64,000 nucleotides of DNA from Phoronis australis (GCA_002633005.1 NMRA01000131.1:483798-547797), one strand, 5' to 3'; shown: positions 53,601 to 64,000, counted from the first letter of the stretch. Notes: generated by a model not told the origin, from the letters alone. A program made the numbers and translations.

Positions 53601-56600
53601 GTTCATTGGATCCGCCTGAAAGTCGTCATTGTCTGTTGTTAGCTTCATATAAATAAACTTACAAAATTTAATAAAGATCCTGCAGTGAGTTTAGGAGAGG
53701 CAGCTATGGGTGCAACACAAAACAAAACTACCCCTAGGAAGCGCCAGAGTAGTCAAAGTCATCATCATCAACCATCCTCTTCACACTGAGAACATATACG
53801 CCAATTTTCAAAACCATCCTTAGAATGATTTGATTTAAGAGAGGTAGACGCCAAAAAACAGACTCGAAAAGAGCAAAAATGGCCACTAGGTGGTGCAAAG
53901 TACCTTGATTCCATCCGAAAACAGGAGGATAGCGTCATTTCACCAATAGATGCCTATATTCAAAATTTTATGAAAATCTGTTGAGGACCTTTGAAGATAC
54001 AGAGGTAAACATAAAACTAAATTGCCAACAAGGGGCATACAAGTAGTCAGACCCATCCCAAAATCGTCGTCGTCCCTTGTCAACATCATATAAACACACT
54101 TCTTAAATTTAGTAAAGATCCTGCGTACGATTTAGGAGATACAGCCATGGGCGCAAAAAACAAACTGCCACCAGGAGGTGCCACAGTAGTCGAAATCATC
54201 GGAAAATCATCATCAGCGATCCACTTCATAGTAAAAACATACATTTTAATTTTCACAATTATCCTGAAAGCAGTTTGGTCGATAGTGGGAAAACAATAAA
54301 AATGGCCAATAGGTGGCGCAAACTAGGTCGAATCCATTTGAAAACAGAAAGATAGTGTCACCTCACTAACAGAAGTTCGCTCATGCCGTCCCATCAATGA
54401 AAGGAATATATGTGCAAAATTTCATGAACATACGTCAAACGGTTTTGGAGATAGAGCAGTGGACGCCGGATGCCGCCCGGACGCAGATGACAGCATAATG
54501 CGTCCACATACAAATAAGTGGGCACATAAAAATCAAAAATTAAGCTGTAATAGACAAAACTAAACTATAAGAAACAGTCCAAGTGATGCCACTAACCCGG
54601 GAACCAGCCCGTCCTTCCACGAGACACGCCCCTCATCCACTCCCCCTTGGTCTCCAACACCTTCACCTCATCTCCCACATGAAGGTCAATCTGATCCTCA
54701 TTACTCTTCCTGAACGCCATCATCACTTTGATCTTACTCAAGGTACGCTTGCGCTTCTGGCGACGTTTCTTAATCAACTTCTCTCGCTTCTGTTGAAATG
54801 TCAAGCCACTCATGTCTTCCAGTTCCTGGTAAACAGATTGAAATGTTGGGTGAAAAGAAATCTTAAGAAGTTGTACCGAGGGAAACGTGTGAAGTGAAAG
54901 TTATATAAACTAAAGGTTCTTGGCACATCAACAGAAAAATACAAGAAATAACTTTACGTCTATTACACCAACACTTGTTTGATTCCTGTTTAAAATCGTA
55001 AAGCAATTTCCTCTTTTTCCAGCGACTTATTGAAAGACAAGAGGCAAGAAATAGGAGAGACTGGGTTAAGTTGTTTCATTCTTCAGTTAAATTTGAAATC
55101 TTCCAAACTATAAAGGCATTTAACTTGATATTTAGCATGATGGTAATAAAACCGTCTCTCCCACGCAGTGAATACATGGAATCTCACAGATCAAAGTCTG
55201 TTAGAGTTACAAAAACGTCTTTAAGAGTGCTCAATCATGTCTTACAAGTGGGTCACATTGTAACACAAGGCGTTGTATGTTCCAACACCATGTGGCTCAC
55301 TGTAACAGGTTTTACTTTTTGACACAGCCCTGTTCATGACAACACTACCATTATGAAAGATGGGCACCACACTCAAAATATACAAGGGGATTCTGAGGAC
55401 ACGTGCTTTAATAATTCTTCAGGCACTGAAACTCCGACATCCCAAAAGTTCCATAGTTACATTTTTTTAACATTGCCTTCAATAAACATGAAACAAGTTG
55501 CTCAAGATGAACTTTTTCCCCAAGTAGTCAAAACAATGTTTATAATAGTCAGGTTGTGCTGGATCAACTCACGTGGCACGAAGCCGGTATTGCCATCTAT
55601 TGCCCACTGACAGCTTAACACTATTTCTCAGAATTTACTACGTATATGCACCCATGAGTGGCATGTACACTTTATTTAGACTTCAGCATATAATCGCTGG
55701 CAGGCAATCCATGGGTGAATACTCACACTTTCAGAAGACGACTGTGGGTGTGTTACCGTGGGAACAGTCAGGTGATCTTCATCCACCCTATCAGTGTTCA
55801 GGTTAGAGTGACTAGCAACACTCTGAAAATCACACAGATTTCACAACATTTCAGACATGATTTTTAAAATATCAAGAAAATAAATCTCTTAAAAATCACA
55901 AAACTCATTAAAATCTTGAATATGTAACTATTAATATCTCACATCTGGTAAACTCCTGGGAAAATTGAGCATGAAAATAATAAACTGGCAAAGAAAAAAT
56001 TCACACATAAACCGTGTTTGGCATGAAAACTGCAAAAAATACAACAAGAAAAAGATTTCAAACTGTACGAAAATTATAAGATCACTTGATCAACCAATAG
56101 AAATTCCAGTGATTAATACAATGGCAAACATCTGTACAGGTGAGTGGGGGTTTTCCACCCAAATCAAATTTATATGAAGCACATTTACCTTCAGTCAGAA
56201 GTAGTTTTTTAATCTCTTGGCAGGTTTTGGTACTTAATTTCAATGATTAAATTTCCATTAATATTAACATTAAATACTTTTGTAAAACTGAGAGTTACAC
56301 TTTACCTGGGTGACACAACGAACTCAAGCTACCAGACACCCCAGGTAGGATGTAAGCAAAAATCAAATTACATATTCAAAGTTTTAATGAGAAATAACAT
56401 CTTTAAGGAATAATTAAATCTAACTCGTGAAAAAATACAAAGCGCAAAATATCCAATATTTATCCGACTCAAAGGCAGATCTAGGGAAATGGGTGCTTGC
56501 CTGTTCAAGCATCCTCCTGACCAAGCAAAGTTCAAAGGTCATGCATGTAAGTGTGTCCAAAGTTCGCTCCATTCTCCATTCATAACCATGTTTCATGAAA

Positions 56601-59600
56601 AGCTTACTCCATTATTGCAGCTTGTTTTACAAACACTCAATGACAAAGTCATCCTCCCCAAAATATACAAACACCATTAGCTGCACAAACCATACTGATA
56701 CAAGTTGTGACGACACTGACTACAACCCAAACTACCTGTACCAATTGTCTACGACTACGTGCATCAAACTAGAGTGCATATGATTGGCTACACCAAGTGG
56801 CTACGACAAGTGTGCCTAAGCTACACATTATAACTAAGCATTTTCTACAGACAATATGACTGTGTGCATCGCTCATCACTATCACAAAACAAATGTGATT
56901 TAAAGTTATAAACCAAACAAATATTAAATAAACACTACAGATCAGCTAAATTATGAAACAGCAAATAATAATACATTGCTAACCAACACTCACGAGAGGC
57001 CTACCACACAATCTATGTTGGTTAGGATCTATACAGGAATGTTAGTACACCACTTTCGTGAACCAAATCCGGCCCAATTTGCCAGAATCTTTGCTAGCAT
57101 AAAAATTAGTTACTGTCTTCAAACAAAAAGTCCACCCAGTTTTCTTAATATATGTGACAAGTTCAGCGTTACTTCAGGAAACTATTCAAGTAGGTCAATC
57201 TTGTTTTAGTATACTTTCTCAGATGTTGCAAAGCATGATTTGTGTTGTTTATCTAACAAAAACAAAAGCAACGAGAAAATTTCTAAGAACATCGATAATC
57301 GTTTTAATTGCCATGCTCTACCATTTCAAATGATAACTTATTAACTTAATGAATGCAGGTTGATTTTCCATACTGGATTAAGTATGATAATTGCAAAGAG
57401 ATAAATTCAACCCCATATTTCAGATTTCACTCTCGGGAGCAACCGTGATTATGAATTTTATACCAAAAAATTAAGCATTCATAAAACCAGTTATGAATTA
57501 GTATAAGCACTATAATATACAATGCACCAAATTCCATTCCCAAACAATTATGTAACAGAAATTCAAAGCTGAAATGTAAATTAATTCACACTAATAAAGG
57601 ACAGACTGAGTGCATGCCGAGAGAGATCTGTCAACATGACAGTAAGAGAGACATTACCAGTTCATCAGGAGTATTATTCCGACTTAGCCGCGAGCGTATA
57701 GATAAGCGTTCGTGCTTATCATCAATCTGTTCAGTCTACAAAGAGTTAACATTCACAATACAATCGTACATCGGACACATAACACAAAAACATACCACAC
57801 CCTTAGATGCACACATCACATGGCCTGACATCACATACATGCAATACGGTAAGATGCTGGAAAAGTAAAAACCAAAAAGCAAATTTCTGACGCCAAAACA
57901 GAACACTCACTTATAACCATTTACATGGACATGTTTGTATGAAGGTGCAAGTTTGCATGGAGTGTAAATCATCATGTAAACCAGGTACTATAGACAACAA
58001 CTGCAGGCAGTAGACACTTGCATGGGTCCTCAGTTTTGAGAACCAGTTTGATGACCATTATTCAGTGGAGAAAACTGGTTCTCTGCAAGTGACTTTAACT
58101 AAACTGCATATTTAAGTGATAAAAACGGGAGCTCACAAAAAGTATGCTTGTGGTTATTACCTTGCGACATAGTCTATACAACATTCGTGATGACACCAAA
58201 TAGACAATTATAACAAAAAACAGTCATGCAGAAAACAATGAACAATATTTGTAACACATTAATTACAGACTGGTCATGCAAAGATAACAACAGACATGCC
58301 TGTATAATTGATATCATGCGCTAGAGAGAAGACAACATCAAGAATAGTTCACATGCTGGTCCTTCCCGATAAGCAACAGAGCATATAGGCAGCAGCTACA
58401 GAATGTGTAAAGAGAGTAGTACATGAGGTAGACTGTAGAGGGGGCTACCTGCAAGAACGCCAGCTGGCTTGCAGTGATCGCTGGAACCACTGACATTGAT
58501 CGACGACGTTCTTCATTGATAACAGCCAAAGATGGCCGCCTGTGTTGGTGGCGTTTGTCCTACAATGTGACTAACAGTGATTCCCTGTGCTTTCTAAGTG
58601 CGCCATAGTAACCAACTTGGGATGACATATGCTGAGCGGGACCATTTATATATAATTATATACCACACTTTAAATTACAGAATGGCACCAAAATAGATTG
58701 TTATAAAGAAAACACAGCATGAAACAGGCATCTAGTGCTACGTGACAAGGTGAAGTAAAAGCATATAATCGAAGTCTGAAATGTCTGTAACATTTAAAGC
58801 CGCTAACTGGCAATAGAAATTCCATTAAATTGTTGAAATTGGACAGAAAGCCCCACTGTATAAACAAGAAACTTATCCAGATCTTTTATGTTATGCAGTT
58901 TTACTGGCTGCAAATTGTGAACTGCTTTCAGCACAAATAATTAAATCCATGCAATGGCATAGAAAGCAGCTTTAAACTCTTTCTAAATTACCAAATTTCA
59001 AAATGAAGTACACAGCAGGAGTTGAGTGAACTAGGAAATGTGAGCTACGAAATGTCAGTGCATAACACAATGCGTGGTGCATTCACACACAAAGATAATC
59101 TTCCAATAACCAATGAGAAAGTGAAATCCTAAATGATTCAGGACTCATCTACAAACAGACCAATGAAATAGAAGAGTTGCATGTCATGTGATGTGCGACT
59201 CACCCGTGAGCTGGCCAATACATTGCTGAAAAACTTCTTGGCAGACTCGACAAATGTACGCTTATCCTTCTGCAAACAAAAACGAACAAAGGTTCAGAGG
59301 CTTAATTTCTTTCAAGAAAAAGTGAAGTTGGTTTCAGATGACCTGCATACCAACACTAACAACTAAAAGGGCAGACAAGAGAAACATAATCAGCTGTAGA
59401 TGGGTAGCTTGTTTTTCTTCTAAAATTTGTATCAATACTTAAATACATGCAGACACTGTGAGTGATCTACAGAACCAGGAAGTTTTAGGTGTAAAATATA
59501 TTAAACATTATTTCATATAAGCAAACATTGACTTTCTAAGAGTTACCTCCCCCTGCAGAGTATCTGTCAGTGTGTTGTTGAGCTCATCTCCAGTAGCTGC

Positions 59601-62600
59601 CAGCTTATTAAATGCCTCAATCGCTATGGCAACAAACAGGCTGAAAAACAATATGTTGGACAGTAACTTTCTACTCAGCATGATACTGATGTTATCAACT
59701 TAAAAAACAAATTATATGTGAACATAAAAAAATGGTATTTCACTTGTTAATTATATTTATGTGAGCATATGGACCCATCTTCTCATGTTAAACATATCAC
59801 AAAATACAAAACATTATCCAATTAAAACCAAGTGCCATGTCGTGAACACATCCACTAAAACAAGAAACTGTAGGAACACCGCATTTATCCACCTTCACTC
59901 TTATCAGGCTTCTATTGTGAGTCAGCATGCGTGAATAATTGGCTGATAAGCCACCTCTGGAACTACTTTTGGCTGAATGGATGACCAGGCCATAAAATGA
60001 TAATATTAGCCAAGACCAGTTACTAATGCAACAAAGAATAGTGTCGTAGTATCACCTAGCCTTGGTGGAAAGCTGTATACTGTATTGGCTCTAATAAACG
60101 CTTAGAAAAAATCATTTCACGGGGAGGGGATTCTTATTGTAGCCTACGGCAGTTGAAAGCCGGTTTCCCAAACGGGTAAAATCGGAAGCTAGGATTCATA
60201 AAATTTACGCTTTGTGACGAATTTTTAGCCTATGACAGTCTTTCTACAAAATTGTGGTGCATTGCTATGAACTTCCGTTGTTAAATTACGATAATTTTTC
60301 AAAAAATTGTGCTCATCACAGGGCGAAAACTTGCCGACTGATGCGTCGCCGCTGAATCGCCATCGTCAATAGGAAAACTTGTACTCTTGAATAAAAATAT
60401 AGTTTCGACTCAACAAATTACCTGAAATCTTCCTGATGTTTTACAATTTTTAAAGTTCATGTGGAGTCCAGATTAATTGCGATTAAGTCCAAATGTGCGC
60501 TACATCGTACTCCACAACAAGAGAAAAATCTCTGGATGAACACACATGTTGTTGTCACGTGACGTTTGTTTTGAAGGTCGTCTGTGTATGAGAGTGAGTG
60601 AGCGTGCGTGTGCGGGTCATCGACGATAGACTTTTTTGTTACAAAAGGCGGAGGATTATGCAAGAAAATGGCGTTTACTAGATTGTTTTTCACTTAAACG
60701 GCTGTAACGTGCAAGGTGAGTGCTGGTTAACTCACAGATTTTGTGTGCACAGGCCGACTGTCGTTAGCTCTGCCGTGGAGTATTAATAGTCCAAGGCTCG
60801 ATCTACATGTTGGGGACGAAATGAACTACCCGGGCTGTGTGAAATTTCTGGGTCTAACGGAGACACTGACGCAGTGGTCAGTCAGATCGCTGTATCAAGA
60901 CTATAGTCAAAATCCAAATTCGTTTTATCGTGTCCCTGTCAATAATAACGGCATGTTAAAGCCTTCTTAATTTTCGTACTTCAGGAACATAACAATCACG
61001 TGTTTTGTACACATACGCGCACGCCGCAGATCACATCTCGGAAATTGCCGATTTGACGGATGACAATGAATGAACACAATGAAATTAACAACGTCGTTTT
61101 ACAGCTTGTAAGATTCATAATAAAAGTATTTTGAATATTGCAATGCATGTGTTCCAAAATCTAAATAACTTGGGTCCTATATTTTTGTATTAGTGCGCGC
61201 CGAATGAAAGTAATCGTGAGTGTTGCTGTGTTGCAAAATCTCTTATCCTGGGCCGATTTGAAAAATTCAAAGTTGTACTCATATTTGTTTTCGCTCCTCT
61301 TTTCAAATATTACAGTAAAAACTACGTAAAACTCTCTCCATAAAAAGTACAGTCTGCTAGCTAGATTGTAATCAGCTGATCATATCCGCATGAGCGAAGC
61401 CAATTATCCTCGCTCGTGACTCGATGACTAGAGCAGCCTGGCGGCATCCCTTTGATCGTGAGCCGAGTGCGACTCAGCCAAGGTGGATAAATACGGTCTA
61501 GTTCAATTTTCCATACCCCGCCGTTTACCTTAACCACTGGGGTTAGAACCAATTTTATTTAGTGGGAATGTTCATAGCATGGCGAGATCAATACGTCAAA
61601 AGGAACACACAATCACTGTTGACATGTATCGCCAATATGACACTAATCATCGATATCGGCATACATTTCCGAGTTTTTTCCAGTTCCTGAAATAATCTCT
61701 CCTCTAATTAGGGGGAAGAACACATTGTCTAGTTGACCTAGTTTTTGAAAGGTGGCGCCACTGACACACTTCAATGAAGAGCCACACAAGTGAAGACCCG
61801 TTATTACACCTAACTCAGTTTAAACTTTTAATTCACATTTGAAAGACAAATGGCCAAACAATTTTGAAGTAAAATAGTGATTAGTATGGCAGCAATGGAA
61901 TGACGTCCCTAAAGTGGTGAAGCATTGTGGGTAAATATCACAAGATCAGAAGACTTTTTAGAAAATGGCAAAGAAATGAACATCGCAAATTCACCGAAAC
62001 GTATCAGTTAATGAAGAATAGTCAGGTGTTAGCATGAAGTATTCTCATTAATTTTATGTTCTCTTGGCCCAAAATGACAAGTCATCTACTTACTTGAGGA
62101 AGACCATATTGAGAATGAGATAACACGTGGTGAAGTAGAGCCAGGTCCACGGAGATACTGATATCATGGTGGCATTCAGTATCTCATGCCAGTTACTGGT
62201 AGACAGAATCTGGAACACCACTAGCAGGGAACAGCTGTAAAAGAATCAGAATGATACTGATGTCATAGTTGTGCTCAAGATCTCAAAATGGCTGACTTAA
62301 CATTAATAACTCAAAGTAAAAACATAAATATTCACAACGTAAAAGATGAAAAGAGAATTTTTTGTTACATTTGAGACTCTTAGATTTAAAATTAAAAACT
62401 TTTAATGCTTTATTCTTGAAGGTTCTAATTAAAAGAAATTAATTCACCTGAAGGTATGAAAGCCAAGTTCACACTTGTAGTCATAGTGACCTGAGGTATA
62501 GACAGGTGAAGGGGTGAAGCTAGAGAAGCTCTCCATACCCAGCACTGCATAGAAGTACCTGAAATGAGAGTATGGGGTTATGGAACAGGTGTCGTGTGAA

Positions 62601-63986
62601 TTCAGTACTGAGTAACATATCTAGCATCAGAGTCAATGGGGTCATGGCTGGAACAGGTTGGTCATGAGAATGCAGAAGTACCTGGAATACATGAGGACCT
62701 AGTACAGGTGAAAATTCAAGCCAAAACCCATTAAATTTGTGGCCTGAAGAGTAAGTGTCAATTATCCCACCCCCTGCCAACACAGCAGAGTCAGGACCTG
62801 TGATTTTTATGACATAATGAAGAGGCATTAAATAATTACATGGGTGACCAACCAGGCAAAGCAGCTAGACTGAGTTCAATGGGCAAGTTTGCTCACATTA
62901 GCATAATTCCAACGATGTTGGATCATGATCGCATCCAAAAGTCAATTTTTACCTGTGCTGGGTTCCTCATGGAAAGTAAGAGGGCCAATTTTCACTTACG
63001 GTGAACAGCATCCATTCTTCATTATTATTTTGTGATCTAATCCAATCACATCAAATCACATCAAATCAAATCATTACCAAGGTTGTTTGTGACCAAAAAA
63101 ATGTGTTCAAAACATTCAATGAGTGCCAAATGAAAATGTAATTCAAAAGAAGAAAATAGTATGTAACAGGAAAACCCGAGTGATTGGCTGCAAACTGTTT
63201 ATAATATTACTTACACAATAATGGTGATTAAGATGGTAAGATCAAACATGACTGGGAAGATCTGAAGAAATGTTAACACCATACTCTTGGTCTGCTTGGA
63301 GTTGAAGCCCATACGAGCCAGGACAGCAAAGGATGAAACTACAGTGATGCCGCCTAAGGCTAGCTCTTGGTTGGACAGGTACTTAACCGGATACCAGGAA
63401 AGGTTGGTCACTATGGCAATGAATGTGATGATAATGTCGGCGACCTCTAGTGGCTGGTCTCGCAAGTGATGGCCCATACCGATGATACGCAGAATGGTTT
63501 CAATCTGCAAAATTAACAGTATCAACATTATGATCAATGAAAATGAGAGAAACTGAAACTGTGATAAACGACAGCCATCTCCCAAGATTTATAAACTGAA
63601 ATTAATCAAAAGTATAAATATTACATCTCTACAGACAAAAATTAACCGTTTTTAAATAATCTGAAGTCATTTCTTCAAAATCCCTGCTCTAGTTAATCAC
63701 AACAGTTACTGTAATAGTCTAAGGTCTTCGGAAATGTAATTGCAGAAATTTTGAAACAAATCTTATTAAATCATTATTATTGCATAACACATAACCTCAA
63801 TTATGCTATTTTTCAAATAGCCAGCAAGGCCAGACATAAAGGCTTAAATTTTCACTTGTATACAAGTTGAATCGCAAACAATTTTGTATCTTTACCAGAA
63901 AGATAACAATGATGGCCGTCTTCATTCCTTGGACTATGAAGGCAGCCTCGTCTGACATCTTGTACCATTTGATAAAGAACAAAATA
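41592..63986 (-). CDS. Two-pore-channel-like (Ion_trans) protein with C-terminal SH3 domain; 5'-partial, about 23 exons, about 823 aa visible
   Basis: S2 IFLIETILRIIGMG, S3 LEVADIII, S5 VYFYAVLGMESF, pore FQILSTSNWHEIL, S6 MVFLNLFVAIAIEAF resemble TPC domain II; SH3 ...GEWMRG...GWFPAKYV; one continuous frame over 2473 nt of GT-AG exons to TAA at 41592-41594. Confidence 0.85.
42679..42783 (-). CDS. Channel gene tail exon
   Basis: RSSSGRSRSSSLGQVQKDQAPETSVEGAASSKSR; phase 2-2. Confidence 0.8.
43300..43610 (+). mobile_element. Penelope-like retroelement fragment (GIY-YIG C-terminus and 3' end), antisense within an intron
   Basis: EKHWYSRKVKEAVYVKTRHPNLNRDQGLELPAVYDLIL is the typical Penelope C-terminal signature (R..KEA..I....LNRD.G..LP..Y). 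Confidence 0.8.
43722..43976 (-). CDS. Channel gene tail exon
   Basis: PGSTATGRADSAKSKK...DEAEKIE; phase 2-2. Confidence 0.85.
44579..44659 (-). CDS. Channel gene tail exon (symmetric, 81 nt)
   Basis: NLLPRRSSLSKTASRPKQVSFVESPV; phase 2-2. Confidence 0.7.
45286..45469 (-). CDS. Channel gene tail exon
   Basis: GKLQVEKPKPPKNPKKEKLPGGEMPEWAKKFVQAHSIEV...; phase 1-2. Confidence 0.85.
46620..46680 (-). CDS. Channel gene tail exon
   Basis: INIDPPPTLPEVIEEENEEE; phase 0-1. Confidence 0.8.
46683..46947. repeat. Minisatellite, ~44-bp monomers in 88-bp dimers, x3
   Basis: gcaatcaaatcacagccagtcat at 46683, 46771, 46859. Confidence 0.9.
47685..47795. repeat. 20-bp tandem repeat (gcatgtgaacacactatgta) x about 5
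   Basis: Visible directly. Confidence 0.95.
47805..47837 (-). CDS. Channel gene microexon (33 nt)
   Basis: IQVADVARYTK; ggtttcag / gtatga; phase 0-0. Confidence 0.55.
49607..49633 (-). CDS. Channel gene microexon (27 nt)
   Basis: DTRSNKKGQ; ttttgtttcgtag / gtaaaa; phase 0-0. Confidence 0.6.
50032..50095 (-). CDS. Channel gene tail exon
   Basis: ETPEVASEAPGNLPDNIVVPQ; phase 2-0. Confidence 0.8.
50414..50526 (-). CDS. Channel gene tail exon
   Basis: MLELNRLVKADLRSNRSQSRASVQSRISTSSLRENTL; phase 0-2. Confidence 0.82.
50729..50867. repeat. 28-bp tandem repeat x5
   Basis: aaggtaaacaaattaatcatcatatcac unit. Confidence 0.93.
51533..51601 (-). CDS. Channel gene tail exon
   Basis: MKKQGGDWRRRIHGDMTVMNHEE; phase 0-0. 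Confidence 0.8.
52443..52455 (-). CDS. Channel gene 13-nt microexon (frame-restoring)
   Basis: tttctttctttgcag/AATGAAAAGTCGG/gtaaat; bridges phase 2 to phase 0. Confidence 0.6.
52697..52889 (-). CDS. Channel gene exon (SH3 end and proline-rich linker)
   Basis: AKYVMETVKKNRARGGTVSPEPPVVQEPE...; completes GWFPAKYV. Confidence 0.88.
53351..54532. mobile_element. Helentron-associated (HINE/DINE-1-like) non-autonomous element with an internal satellite array
   Basis: One end caagagcaatgc-gaa-gcattg hairpin plus atacgcccac; other end ggacgccggatgccgcccggacg plus imperfect hairpin atgcgtccac...gtgggcacat and ataaaaa; ~146-bp internal repeats. Confidence 0.7.
54597..54825 (-). CDS. Channel gene exon: polybasic stretch and SH3 domain
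   Basis: KREKLIKKRRQKRKRTLSKIKVMMAFRKSNEDQIDLHVGDEVKVLETKGEWMRGVSRGRTGWFP. Confidence 0.92.
56696..56719 (-). CDS. Candidate channel gene microexon (24 nt)
   Basis: SVSSQLVS; ggttgtag / gtatgg; phase 0-0, not required for frame. Confidence 0.35.
57658..57735 (-). CDS. Channel gene exon
   Basis: TEQIDDKHERLSIRSRLSRNNTPDEL; phase 0-0. Confidence 0.75.
58449..58559 (-). CDS. Channel gene exon
   Basis: DKRHQHRRPSLAVINEERRRSMSVVPAITASQLAFLQ; phase 0-0. Confidence 0.78.
59204..59269 (-). CDS. Channel gene exon
   Basis: KDKRTFVESAKKFFSNVLASSR; phase 0-0. Confidence 0.82.
59547..59640 (-). CDS. Channel gene exon (S6 end)
   Basis: LFVAIAIEAFNKLAATGDELNNTLTDTLQGE. Confidence 0.92.
62094..62234 (-). 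CDS. Channel gene exon (pore helix, filter, S6)
   Basis: CSLLVVFQILSTSNWHEILNATMISVSPWTWLYFTTCYLILNMVFL. Confidence 0.95.
62448..62558 (-). CDS. Channel gene exon (S5 end, turret)
   Basis: YFYAVLGMESFSSFTPSPVYTSGHYDYKCELGFHTF. Confidence 0.93.
63215..63504 (-). CDS. Channel gene exon (S2 end to S5)
   Basis: IETILRIIGMGHHLRDQPLEVADIII...AVLARMGFNSKQTKSMVLTFLQIFPVMFDLTILITII. Confidence 0.93.
63896..63986 (-). CDS. Channel gene exon (S1 end to S2); gene continues beyond the window
   Basis: ILFFIKWYKMSDEAAFIVQGMKTAIIVIFL; ttctttcag / gtaaag. Confidence 0.88.
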
Positions 63987-64000
63987 CTGAAAGAAGAACA

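Noticed and set aside
56306-56328. Candidate 23-nt channel exon
   Set aside because: Weak acceptor and would break the frame
62094-62234. Calling the channel CatSper, Nav/Cav or a named TPCN gene
   Set aside because: Filter lacks the TxD/ExW acid; number of repeats and orthology cannot be determined from this window

Overview
AT-rich, intron-rich genomic DNA of an invertebrate animal (probably a lophotrochozoan; this is inference). There is one assembly gap (22432-22528). Two spliced genes could be reconstructed by hand with frame-consistent GT-AG junctions, and they are arranged tail to tail. (1) PHF10/BAF45a (+ strand, coding about 25242-39608, up to about 690 aa): a long acidic N-terminus, the SAY domain and a double PHD finger. 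(2) The 3' part of a two-pore-channel-like (Ion_trans) gene (- strand, 63986 to 41592, about 823 aa visible, 5' end outside the window). Its last 6TM repeat has a charge-poor S4 and a STSNW pore motif. It is followed by a cytosolic tail of about 600 aa carrying a polybasic patch, an SH3 domain, PxxP motifs, an RVxF motif and several microexons; this channel-SH3 architecture is the most unusual thing in the window. The first 21 kb has no convincing gene, only minisatellites, LINE and DNA-transposon debris, hairpins and possible decayed pseudogenes. Introns contain Penelope, SINE and Helentron-like (HINE) elements, and several tandem repeats start exactly at splice sites. All calls are by eye; no database search was run.
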